Source: Chromera velia | Taxonomy: Eukaryota | Assembly (NCBI GenBank): GCA_018398765.1 | Contig: JAHBMJ010000376.1 | Span: 1 to 49,201 of the forward strand | DNA length: 49,201 bases | Direction: 5' to 3' | In this document: piece by piece, positions 25,288 through 43,332 of the stretch | Position numbering within the stretch: the first letter of the stretch is position 1 | Layout: each line of letters opens with the position of its first letter | Made by a program: the position numbers and the translations under genes | The notes under the pieces: generated by a model | Told to the model about the DNA's origin: nothing | Database searches by the model: none | Seen by the model: only the letters and a program-made list of their open reading frames with translations

Positions 25288-28275
25288 CCCGCACAGTCCC
25301 ATACATTCATGGCTAGGCTGGCTCCGGCTCCCAGGATCCATTTGACACAAGCAAAGACGCTCAAGCAGAAAGGAGAGACCGAGGAGGAGAGAAAGGGACG
25401 GATGCATCAAGAAAGAAAGGCCGAATGCACAAAGAAAGACATCTGAAAGGCACTGAGAGAGACAAACGCTGACTGACTGACCTCGTGAACGCCAACTCCA
25501 TTCTTCTGGCTCCTCCTCCACTCTCCCCGGAACTTTCGACCGTCGCTCCCGACATAAACTCCAAACCCGTCAATCTCGTTGTTGCGCCACTCGCCTGCAG
25601 ACAGACACGGGCAGGCAAAAGGCGGCGGGTGATTGAATGAGCAGACGAGGCAAGGGTCTGTCCTCTTCCACGCGGTTGGATGGTCTGAAATCGTCAAAGC
25701 AAAACAACCTCCGCTTCTCTCTCATGCACACATGCAAGCGCGCGCACTCACACATCACTGAGAGAGACACAGTGAGCTTTTCCATGGAAATCGTTAGTTC
25801 TCGAGCAGTTCTGCACTATTACGCTAGACCGTAAAGAAAGAAAAGGTGCAAACGCAAAGACAACTGGTTAGTTGGCAGGTTAAAATGACACCACGCACCG
25901 TCCCATGGAGAGGAAGGAAGAACAAAAGAATCGACCATCCAACACACACAAAACACTCACCGGTGTACTCTCCTCCATCGGCCCATTTGTACACCCCGTA
26001 CCTGCACACACACAGAGAAGAGAGTTGGATATTTGGAGAATGGAGATGCACGGAGAGATTGATCAGAAAGCGCACAAAAAAGTTCGTGTGCATCCCTCCA
26101 GAGATTGGGACAAGCAAGCGAGCTGTCCAAACCAGAGAGAGAATCGAGACGTTCCTTCCCCGACTGGCTTTCCTTTCCTTTCCGTCAGTCAGCAAACCAA
26201 GAAGCAAACGCAATTGCTGACCACAAAGGAAAGGCCAAAAAAAAAAAAAGGCAGAGCAAGTCCCCAGAGAGGCATGCATCGATCGACCCGTTCCGAGAGC
26301 ACCAAACGCATTAGAGAAGAAAGAAGAAATGCGCCGAACAGAAGAGAACCGAGGAAACAGATGCAGAGATTACAGAGACCGTGAAGACATGGCAAAAACT
26401 TACAAGCTCAGACCACCCAGCGGGGAAGAAAGAAAGGATGGACGGAACATGTATGCGCGAAAGCAAAGAAAGCACAGTCCCGAAATGAGTGACAGAAGCC
26501 ACATTTTTTTTTCTGCTTCTGTTCTGTTTCCCTGGGCATCTAGAAGGCAAGTGACCAAAAAACCGACAGACCCACCCATGCTTAGCTCCATCGATGAATT
26601 CCCCTGCAGGCACGCGCAGAGAAGGAAAGGAAGGAAAGGCGAGGGAGGGAGAGAACGCATACGAAAAGAAAGTAAAAAGCTCGTCGCCTCTGCCCGAGAG
26701 CCTACACTTGCAAGCCGGTCCCTTCAGTCAAGCCGAGAGGAAGAGTAGAATCGATGTGGAAGAGAAGAATAGTTTTCGACGGAAAGAAGAAAGAGAGGAA
26801 GGACGGAAACACGGAAGAAAGACAAAATGGCCGTAAGAATAAAGGGTCTCGGGTGGCTGGATGGATGAATGAACGTACTGACAGACAACTGAATTGATTC
26901 TGCAACACACCAACGAACACACCTACCTGCATACGACGACCCATCCTCCCACGTCTCCAACCCAGCACCGTTCTGCAAATCGTCCTTCCAATTCCCGAAA
27001 TATTTCGTCGCTTCGGAGCCTTCCTGCATCCGCTCATGCATTTGAACAAGTTGGCGAAGAAGAAACCGACTGCACAAGCTACGAGTCAGTGGACAACAGA
27101 GCAGACAAGAAACGCCCAACTTGCAACTGATGCATGCGGAGCTTTGCGCCCCACACACACGTCCAGTTTGGGCTCATGGATCTGCCTTTCCCCCCCGACG
27201 GACTTCACCTCATCTCCTTTTCTTGCTTCCTGGCCTCACCTTCAGGAAGGTCCCAACTCCGATACCGTCTGCTGTGTTGTTCACCCACTGGCCGTGGAAA
27301 GTGTCGCCGTCCGGGTGTTTGAAGAACCCGATGCCGTTCGTTCTGTTCCCACTCCACTGGCCCTGCACACACACGACCAAGGCAATGCACTCACCGAGTG
27401 GCAGAGGGCCCTTACATGCACGTTCACGCAGACCCGGGCTTTAGTGGATGAGAGAGACAACGGAGCAAGATGAACACAAAAGGAAGTGACAAATACCGAC
27501 TTTCTACAAGGTGAGATGGCACGACAATTTAGCTCATGCCAGAGACTTGGGGGGGGGNNGGGGGGGGGGGGAATGCTTTCCAATGTCTGAGATACCATGC
27601 CCCTATCAGACAAGGGCGATAAGAAGGAAGGTAGATAATCAAAGCCGAACAAGCAGGAAGGGGGTCTGGTTCCCAAGCAGACACCAGAAAGAAGGGGAGA
27701 GGGGCTGGAGGTAGGGAAAGAGGGGCATCGTACAGAACAGCGTGCGAAAGTAGCCGCAATCAAAACAGGCACAGTAAGACCTGAAAATCCCCGCCCGAAT
27801 TTGGGGGATGAGGGAGTGAAAAGCACAAGCACATGCAAGTACGTACAATGTAGAGAGCGTTCTCGGACGTCTCCAGCTTGCCCTCCCCACATCTCTTTCC
27901 GTTCTTCCACTGTCCCGTGTAGGTCGCTCCCGAGACAAATCTCATGGGGGGCTTTGAGACCAGAGCACCAGGTGAACCCGGGTCGTCTGCCATTTTCTGT
28001 GCAGACCGTGGAGTGAGGGGGGAGTCCGAGTGAAAGTACTGAGAGTAAAAGGCCCTTCCTCCTGCAGTTTGTGGACTCTCCTCAGTCTGTGCCTCGTTCC
28101 CTCCTGTCTGGGGTTCTCCAACGACAGGTTGAGGGGACTGGCTCAAAGCCATTCCTTGTGTAGGTGGAGGATGGAAGGGAACCTCCTTCCCCCCAATGGC
28201 GCTGATCGTCGTCTGCTTCTTCTTCACTCCAAGAGATTCGCAGCATTTGCTGCCTCCGCAATTCGCGTTACCCAT
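25022..28275 (-). CDS. MORN-repeat protein with N-terminal myristoylation/palmitoylation signal, ~345 aa, 7 exons
   Basis: Exons 28275-27847, 27362-27240, 27023-26927, 26603-26576, 26001-25961, 25594-25482, 25228-25022 (1038 nt). Tandem Y/F-x-G-x-W/F-xx-xxx-G-x-G units, e.g. YTGQWKNGKRCGEG, YFGNWKDDLQNGAG, YTGEWRNNEIDGFG, YEGEYADDKKSGFG, YKGFWKDGHQHGHG. Starts MGNANCGGSKCC. Confidence 0.9.
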
Positions 28276-28941
28276 CTTGCTGACCTCCAGCTCTACACAC
28301 CTGCGCAAAGACGCGCTCTATCGACTCCAGGTACTTCGATACAAGGGAGTCAGAGAGCCACCGAGACAGGTGTTCACAGCTCTTTTCCTACGCCCAGGCT
28401 GCAGTCACACCAGACTGATGTCACTCGGAGTATAGCAACGGCTGTCCAGACGATGAAAGCAGCGAGAGTCACAGATAAGAAGGCTCTTCCTTCGACCGAT
28501 CGTGAGGGAGGAGATGCATGAGCATCATTTGTGGCAGAGTATGGCTTGAATCTGATTCTGGCAGGAGATCAATCGTATCTTCGACCATCTGACCTCTTTT
28601 CCTCATGCAACCGGACAATACATATGCTGTGCCTGATCCCGGCTGGTATCGGTTTGTGCGAGCGCAGCGAACTGACATTGCCCCAATTCCTGGTCGGACC
28701 CCTGCCCCCCGGGCCCACAAAGACCCACGAATGAAACTTGGACAAAAAAAACATGCTCCGGACTGTTTCAGTGAGAAAGTGCACGCAATCCCATCTAGCA
28801 TCAGCAGGGGGACTGGCGGCTGTAGAGGCCCCCGTTGAGGAGGGCGACTTGGCTTAACTAGGCTTAAATGGCCTGGAAATTATAATTCAACATAGACTAG
28901 GAATACAGACTTCATGCATCAATAAACCTTACATAAAATTA

Positions 28942-29730
28942 CTCCCCTGCCACTAAGCTATGAACTTTTTAGAATCAATCAAAATACTGCCATCTTCAGC
29001 AGCCTACGGCCACCTTCGATCAACACTAAGACCATCTTTGGCGCTCATTATATTTTTACTAGCATAAAAAATGTTGCCTACCCTATAAAAGTGTACCAAA
29101 ACAGTATACAAAAAATTGATATCGATGTTGATTTTTGGTATACTTAGTGATACACTATGATACATTTTCAAAAATTAATATCAATTTTGACACATTGATT
29201 TTTAAGAACTATAAAGAACTGGAAGCTCAAATTGACAATGCTTAATACTCAACTATAAATCATTTCATATGCTTATTTAGTCTAATGCTTACCCTGCAAG
29301 AACTAGCTGCATGGATCTGGGAATTTAAACAGGAATAGACAGGAATTTGGACTCCAAATTTTGGAGACAACATCTATCAATGTCATACAGTTCACACATG
29401 CCGTAAACTTATAAGAATCGACTTCATCATGCAGACCCCGGCCCCGCATAAGGCCAAAACTTCACAGATTTCAGTAAAGTTCAACCTCTAAAGTTTAGGA
29501 ATTTAGAGCTCTAAATTCGATCTTTTAGATTGTATGACGGCGCAATTCCTTTAATTCGATTGTATTATCCATGTGTTCATGTTTGGCATGGCCTTTGGTC
29601 TCTCGTTGTTTGCCTTCGGCGGCTTTCAATCAAGACATATGATTGTCTTCGGCGGCCTCCGGCCGCCTTTGATCAAGACTAAGACCATCTTCGGCAGCCT
29701 CCAATCAAGCGTAGATTAGTGTCAGGGGGG
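28942..29730. mobile_element. Non-autonomous TIR element (Tc1/mariner/Stowaway-like ends), ~790 bp
   Basis: Left TA|CTCCCCTGCCACTAAGCTA versus reverse complement of right end TA|CCCCCCTGACACTAATCTA (16/19 match plus flanking TA). A ~47-bp subterminal direct repeat lies at 28993-29039 and 29646-29692. No ORF. Confidence 0.7.
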
Positions 29731-29899
29731 TATATAAAATTTGGATCCTGTCTGACTAGAAATTGAAACGACATGCATCTATAGAATGTTAAAAAAGATC
29801 TTATCTGATGTAATCCGATGTAGAGGAGCAACCAATCAATTAAAGTAAAAAACCGGTTAAAAGTCTGGTTTTAAACTTTAAAACAGTATAATTAAACTA

Positions 29900-30061
29900 C
29901 GCAACGCGGTAGCGGGTTATGCAGATGTGCACAGATCAATTAGAACCTACCGCCAGACCTTAACCGGCTCAAAAATTTCGAAGACCGGCTTAACCGGCTC
30001 AAAAATTTTGGACCCTTCTAATTGGTCCATGCACATCTGTATAACCACTTTCCGCATAGTG
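29900..30061. mobile_element. 162-bp MITE with ~46-bp TIRs and TA target duplication
   Basis: 29900-29945 versus reverse complement of 30016-30061 match at 35/46 positions (core GGTTAT.CAGATGTGCA..GA.CAATTAGAA). TA flanks both ends. Internal direct repeat CTTAACCGGCTCAAAAATTT x2. Confidence 0.8.
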
Positions 30062-30394
30062 TAAATTAAGCTAAATTAAGCAAGTACTAAGATCTATGTA
30101 TTTTATGAAAGTATATAAAATAACTAAGCAGACAATCATGTCTACTATATAATAGTAGAATCATGCATGCACTTTAGCATTTTTTCTCCGCTTTTGTTTT
30201 AGTGATAAAGCAAAAAAGGGTTCTCAACCTGGGTATAGTCTACCGTATAGATCTACATGACTATCTACACAGTCTACACAGTCTACACTGATATAAAGTG
30301 ATATAAACCTGCATAACAGTACCTTTATCATCATTTAATCTGTCAGCGCATACATATTGGCACCAAAGATCGCAGCTCTAGCATTTCACCCTCA

Positions 30395-30943
30395 TCACTT
30401 GGCACCCTCCTCGGCGGGAAGGGCAAGGTCGGCAGCGTCAAACAGCTGTGGTGAGTGCGCAGCCACTCTCTCTCTCTGAACAGGAGGGAGCAGAGAAGGC
30501 GGGGGAAGCGCATACACCGTGGAGGCCACAATCAGCGCAGACCGTTCAATCCTCTCGATTGGGTTCACATTCTTCTGCACTGCTGTGTGGAGCACCGACT
30601 GTGCGAACACATGGGTGGCGGCGACGAGAACGTGCACACTCGCATCCTCGATGGTCAAGGCCCCAGACCTGCACGCACCCACCCGTAGTTCATCCATCCG
30701 TCCATCCATCCATCGATCGATTTATCCATCTGTCCCGGGGCCGTCGGTGCCCGTCATCGTGCGCAGACGCAAAAAGGGGTAGACGAGGGAGATAGAGCGA
30801 GAAAGGCGAAGGAGAGGATTGAAAGGGTGAGACCCCTCTGGCATAGGAGGAAAAGACTGGTCGCAGATCAAGTAAGGTGAGACAACTTGAAATGAAGCTA
30901 CAGTGAAATCGGCGGGGCAATGACTTCAATGCGGAAAGACTCT

Positions 30944-30975
<32 letters not shown>

Positions 30976-33900
30976 TTTTTCCTCCCTTCTTTCTTTCTTT
31001 CTTTCTTTCTTCCTTTCTTTCTTTCCTTCTTTCCTTCTTTCTTTCTTTCTTTCTTTCTTCCTTCCTTCCTTCCTTCCTTCCTTCTTTCCTTCCTTTTCTT
31101 TCTTTCTTTCTTTCTTTCTTTCTTTTTGTTCTTCTTTCCCTTCTACCCCTTGTTTGTGGTCGTCTATTTCCGAAATGGCAATTCATTTTGAAGTCATGCA
31201 GCTGACCGCTCGACCGACCGACCGACCTGGAGAGAGCGTCGAGGAGGTCGAAGGTCTTGTTCTTCTCTGCTCGTCTCTCGTCCACTGTCAGGCTGTTGGT
31301 CTCCCTCTTGCCCAAGAGGCCCTGTTGACGAGTGCGGGTGAGTGCCTCGGCAGGGGTGATGGTGGTCGGTCTGAGGGCCCCCTCGGGGTCTAGAACCTCG
31401 CTCTGACTGTCGAGAGCGTTGGGGACCTGGGTGAAGTCGTCTGTCTCCTCTGCTGCTTCTCCTCCGTCATTGTCGGTGGGGGCTGGAGTCTCGGCCTGGT
31501 TGTTCGGCTTTCGCTCAGCGGTCGGCTGGTTCTGCACTTCGTTTGCGGGTGGGGGAGAGGGAGACGGAGAGGGAGGAGGGGGAGCGGCAGGGGCAGAAGG
31601 AGGGGGGGGCGGGGGAGCGGAAGTTGGCTTTGGAGCGCCGCCGGGTGCGGTCATTTTGCTTAGCATCGGGAGTGCAAAACTCTGCTTGCACTTTTTCTTC
31701 ACCATGCTTCTTGCCTCGTTTTCCTTCATCGGAGCACGCCTGCTTCGCGTCCTCGCTTTCATCCCCTCCTCCTCCTCCTCTCTTTCCTCCTCTAATGCCA
31801 ACAACCTCCTGTGCATGGCCTCTTGCTTCGCCTTCTCCAACTCTGCCTCTTTCGAGGTCGCAATCATCGAGAGAAGCTCGTCAGCCAGAAATCTGGTCCT
31901 CGCTATCTTCTCCCAAGTCTCGGCGGCAGGGGGCCCGTCGTAGGAGAGCAGGTCCGAAGGAAACTGCATTCACATGCCGGTGGCAGGAGGACACGATACG
32001 TCACCGCTTTTNNNNNNNNNNNNNNNNNNNNNNNNNNNNNNNNNNNNNNNNNNNNNNTTTGGGGGGGGGGGGGGCGAGAGAAATGAAGGGAAGAGGACAA
32101 AACTCCGCAAGAAGCAAGACGGACACGAAAAGAAAGTCGAAAGCGTCTGCTAGACATCGAGATGAGAGTAGAGCACCTAACAAACAGAAGAAGAAAAGAA
32201 AAGCAGAGCACCCAACGAATTGCGCAGCCCGCATGAAAATGCTGGCTGAGACTAGCTCTCTTTTGCATAAACTCCGAATAAGGGATTCCGGGCCATTGTG
32301 CCGAAAAGCAGCAGAGTTGGAATTTCAAACGAATTGCGCAAGGAAAAAAAGCTGTTCGATTTGACCTGATGTTCGATCAAGAGGTTCATGAGGTCCTCCA
32401 CCAGCTCCACCTGCTTTACCAACGATCCCTCCGGAAGCAGAAGGAGACGCTCGAGCTGGGGGCGCACCTGCACACACACACAAACAGAAAAGATCAACCA
32501 ACAATAAAAATAAATGGGGCCTCGTGTGGTCAGCAGCAGAAGGAAAAGGTTTCACCTGTGCTCCCCTTCCTTTGTGCATTTCTTCCTTTCGTCCAACCCC
32601 CCCCCCACTTCTTCCCTCCTTCCGACTATCCCACAGACTGACTCACCTGCACGACCGCCACTGCGAAGAGCGTTGATGCCAATTGGAGTTGTCTGAAGGC
32701 TCTGCAGAACCTCTTCTGCTCCTCCGACAGGGACTCGATCGCGTCCTTAAATTCCTTCGCGGAGGGAATTGTCTCCACCAGAAGGGGGAGAAGCACCTGC
32801 ATGTGTGGAGGGACAAACGATTGATTGATTCAACGCAGGGGGGACGGATGATATTACCAGGGCACGTTTTTTGGGTGGAGGATCTGAATTTATTGAGGCA
32901 GCGTGTCGGGTAACTTCACACAGGGACTGCAGTGAAGACAGCGGCTCTATTTCCAGGTGGAAAGACAGAGGGAAAAATTAAAAAACAGATGAAGGGCAAG
33001 GAGAGACGGAAAGGGGAGGGAAGAGACCGACGTGACACTCAACTGATGCCGCGCAAAAGTCACTCGCCAATGAGTCAAGAAGAAACAAAACACCCAAACC
33101 TACATGCTAATCGACAGCACAAAAAAAGAGACCATCCTGTCTGCCCGGTACGAACAAGCATCCCTACGCACTGACCTCATCCTTATTCTTGATCAAAATT
33201 GCAGCTTTGGGTTCGAACACGTCCTTTGCTGCCAGAGTCCCCACCAGAAGAACGAAGGAGGAGAACTGCCGAGCTCTGCCACAGAGCTGCAAAGAGGCTG
33301 CCTCCTCTCCGGAGAAACTCTGAAGCATCAGACCGTGCAGAAACACAGGACCTTCAAGCTTAGCTGTCGTTGCAGCACTGAGAGAAATGTTCACAGACGC
33401 TCGGGGAGCGCATCTGCTGAAGGTGGCGACGGGGAAACCCGCACTAGAGTCCCCCCCCTTGAACGATTCCAATGAAATTTGACCCTCAGGGGAGCACCCT
33501 GGACGCCGAACATCAAAACAGAAACGCTTGGGGACAAACTCAGGATTGATGAGCTTCCGGTAGTGGAATTCAATGTACTCATCCAGATCTGAGGATTTCA
33601 ACTTCTTTCCCACTGCTGCCCCTAATTGTTTGAGCAGCATGAACTCAAGAAAGTCAAAGCTCTTTCTGGAGATCTCAAACAACGACGTCAGAGCACGACC
33701 ACCGTGTGCGATCAATGCTTCAACATCTGAGAACAGACAGGAGAGACCGTCTCGGTCCCCCTGGGGGAAACAGACAGACACTGCCGTCACATGTTCCTGC
33801 ATTTTTCTCTTGTGCTCTGCAACGAAAGCGAGTGCGTCAGCTGTCGGAAGAAGCAAATCCGAATCGGACTCTTCCCCCTCACTCCCACTTCTGTCTTCCA

Positions 33901-35318
33901 ACAGAGGCGCTGCTGCTGCTGTCATCGGCCCTTGGTCAAATTCAGATATCACACTCAGATCTGAGCGTGTAGTCTCGCCCGGCCCCCCTCTACGCGCCTG
34001 CTGAGAGCGCTGTACAGGCCACACAACCAACTGGAAGTGGGAGTCAACTTCACAACCCCACTGACTGAGTTCCGCGAGTGCCGAGAGAAACTTCTCACTC
34101 TCTGGGTTTCTTCTTGGGGTTCTGCACTCTTCCTTCTCTCTGTCGATCTTGAACCCTCCCTCGAGACTTCCTGACAGGGGGAGAAGTTTGATTAGAGAAG
34201 AAATCTCAACCTCAAGGGGGGGAAAGACTTTCGAGTCATAATGGGGGTTCTGCTTTGCCCCTGTCACAAGCTCAGTCACCCCTGTGCGTGTACGCAGAGT
34301 GATTGGGGCCTCTGGCTCGTTCCCGGGGTAGACAGAGAGAACAAAAGAATGACGAAACTTCCAGAAGTACTCCGTCACTTTAGTCACTGTCTTGGAGCTG
34401 ACTGTGACTATCGACGCTATCGTTGTCACGTGCTCCTTGTCAGACTCAACCGTCCGAGTGGCCTCTCTGATGAACGAGCAATCGCTCTCGCAAGCAAGTC
34501 GGAGAGTCACCGTTCTGCAAAGAGAAGAGGAATAATGGAATGTGCACTAGATGCCAGTCTATGCTTGGATGATTGGATGGAGGCAACTTCTTTATTCGTT
34601 CAATACAGACTTCTCTCTCTCTACGTATACCTCCTTCCTTCCTTCTTCGTTTTATTCGTGGGTTGTCCCCCGCAACCCGAGCGGCGGAGGAAAAGCGTCT
34701 CTCTGTCTCTACGGCCTATGAAAAAGAAACCTCTTTCGTGTTTATTTCTTGCTCTGTTTTTCTGTTCACCGTATGAATCCCTTTCCGGACATATGCAGAA
34801 CCCCGCGCACCTACCGTTTCTCTGCCCACTCTTTGAGAGTCTTCACTGTGTCTGCCTTGATGTCGAAGAGCTCGAGGAGATTCCTCAAAACAGAAGCGAC
34901 GGAGACGGACATGCGCTGCGAGAGAAACAAGGATAAAAGGAATTTAAATTCGATCAGTGAGGAAGAGGAAAAGGGGTGATGGGTGGAGGCGCAAGAACTT
35001 TTGTGTCCTGCTGCGTTCATCGAGGCAGCCAGAGGAGCTAATAGAGAGAAGTGCAGGTGAAGTGAGGCAGTCTTGGGGAATGATCGCATTTGAAACATGT
35101 AGCAAGAGCACATAGGAAGAGATCAAGAAGGGAACGAGGCCGGGTCGGAAAAGATCAGAGCGTACCTCAGCAAGTGCGAACTTGTCCATGTACTTGTGTG
35201 CTATTTGGTCTGCAAGCTTGGGTTTCCTGTTCACGTTCAGAATTTTTCTGACGGTCTCCATTGCCTCGTCCATGCTCTGAAGGAAGAGCCGTTCCTGCCG
35301 TTCGCTAAAGGTGTCCAT
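30395..35318 (-). CDS. Protein of unknown function, ~951 aa, 7 exons
   Basis: Exons 35318-35166, 34915-34815, 34514-33176, 32796-32647, 32467-32366, 31963-31227, 30668-30395 (2856 nt, all GT-AG, in frame). Globular blocks include HKYMDKF, ARQFSSFVLLVG, IKNKDE|VLLPLLVETIPSAKEFKDAIESLSEEQKRFCRAFR, VRPQLERLLLLP, HQ|FPSDLLS, EKNKTFDLLDALSR|SGAL and VQKNVNPIERIERS. Confidence 0.8.
30941..31128. repeat. (CTTT)n/(CCTT)n microsatellite in last intron
   Basis: Direct reading of the sequence. Confidence 0.9.
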
Positions 35319-36170
35319 GTTTGCAAGGTCTCGTTTCGAGTCTTATTAGCTTTTGGCACCTGAGAAGACCGCTCTCAACTCAACTTCTCCTCGAAAGCAC
35401 AAGCGGACACGAGGAAGTTGGTGGCGTTCTCTTGCACCCAAAGATACAGGTGAAGAGACGAAGTATGAAGTGAAAAACCCTAAGAACGACTTCCTGTAGA
35501 CAGCTCGAATTTCTGCGATCAAAAATTTCAAAGAAAAGACAGAAGTCGGAAGCTCAGCTCCGATCATCTCATTGAGTCGATTCGGCCCTGCTGAAGGTCG
35601 CTGAAGAATGCTGAAGAGCGCGTTTCTAGAAAGTTTTCGGAGCTCATTCGTTTCCCGGAAACTGAGTCTCCAACTCGATCGTCGCGTTTCTCGGGCCGCC
35701 GGACCGGGATACCGCGCGGTGGATGGCCCTAATTAAGCCGGGCCCGCGGCCCGCGGCGCCGACTCCGCGCGCGCGACGCCTCAGCCGGGGCTCGCCCTTG
35801 CATGCATGCACGCGCCATCCAAGGAACATGCATCCAAGGAACTCACTCAAGCAATCTCAAGCATATGCATGCTGGCGCTGCGGCCGAAAATGCTCGCGCG
35901 AGCCTTCGATCGCACCTTCGACATCTTTTGGCCTGGTCAAGATTGGTCAAGAAAGTCATAGAAAGTCGCCGGATCGAAGAGAAGGGTACTCAGGTGTCCA
36001 CAGAAGGGTGCTCCAAAAATCCTCTTAAGGTCCGCAGAATTCTTTTGAATCAAACTTCAGAGCACAAGGCAAACGCACAAAAGGATTTTTGTCTGTCTGT
36101 TGATTGGTGTTCGTTTTCAGGGCTCTTTGCTTTCTGTTTGGGTTTTGCTCGCCACGTTGGGTTCTTTCTC
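35319..36170. promoter_or_regulatory. Putative bidirectional promoter (unknown gene / cyclin-RING gene) with CpG-rich core
   Basis: TAATTAAGCC at 35730-35739, CCGCGGCCCGCGG at 35744-35756, (GC)n at ~35767-35775 and TGCATGCATGCA at 35799-35810, between divergent genes. Confidence 0.6.
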
Positions 36171-42200
<6,030 letters not shown>

Positions 42201-43257
42201 TCAGCTTCTCTCTATGTGCGTGTGGGATGTCCGACAGTTTGGCAAAAGAAGACAGAGGGAAGAGAGAAAGAAAAAGAAAGTGAGACGAAGGTGCGTGAGG
42301 TTCGAAAGAGGGGCAGGCACACAGCACGGATACAAGGAGAGAGGAGAAGGTTTAATTTGACAACAGAGGTGAGAAGGAAATGAATCGATCGACCGATCAG
42401 GAAGTTCCTTCTGCAAGCAAAGGTGAAGAACACATTCTGAATCCGCACCTTCCTACTGGCCTCACTGTCTGCCTGCCTTTTTTGTTCTTCGATCGATCGA
42501 TGCATGGGGGTGGGGAGGGGATGCAGGGGTGGGAGGGGAATGGGAACATGAGTAGGTGGAGGATCAGGAAAACGACTCTGTCACAGCAAGCTTGCGATTC
42601 GGTGTAGTGAGGAAGCGAGAGGCTGCATCCACAAAGGCGGCATCCATTGTGGGGGAGGAGGGTGTGTGGACGGTCTCGGTGCGTGGATGGATGGATGGAT
42701 CGTCGTGTCGCGTATATGGGTGGAGAGGAGAGAGGGAGGATCAGTGGGAGGGAGGGACGAGACAGAGAAAGAAAGAAAGTGAGGAAGGAACACGGGGGGA
42801 GGGCATCAAGGAGACATGCAGGGGAAAGAAATGGAGGAAGGACTGGCCTGGTTCGATGAATTCTTCTGTAAGGGAACATTTTCTCCTTTCTTTCTTTCCT
42901 TCCTATCTCCTCCCTCCCTTCCTGCCTTCTTCGTCTGAGTTGCTGAGCAACTTGCCCCCACTGCTGTGGCTGTCCGTTTGAAAAAAATAAAGAGAATTCG
43001 ACACAGACTGGTCAGACAATATCTGTTTTGATGGCTTCCCTGCACTGCCTCTGATTGTTTCTGACTTTTGTGGTTGTGCCTGTCTCATTCATCATCCTTC
43101 TCGCTTCCCCATTCCCCCTCTTCTCTTCTTCCTTTCTCCCCCCCCTTTCTGGTCCTTGATGTTTGTCTTTCTTGCCTCAAACTTTAGAATTTTCTTCCTA
43201 TTGCAGCTTCGACCTCTCCTTGTCTGACAGACAAACGAAGAAAGGCAACAGGGCCGT

Positions 43258-43272
43258 ACGCACACGCATGCA

Positions 43273-43332
<60 letters not shown>
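43258..43332. repeat. (CA)n microsatellite
   Basis: Direct reading of the sequence. Confidence 0.9.

Noticed and set aside
32012..32057. N runs (also 10375-10392 and 24716-24726)
   Set aside because: Assembly gaps beside poly-C/G homopolymers in non-coding DNA; technical, not biological.
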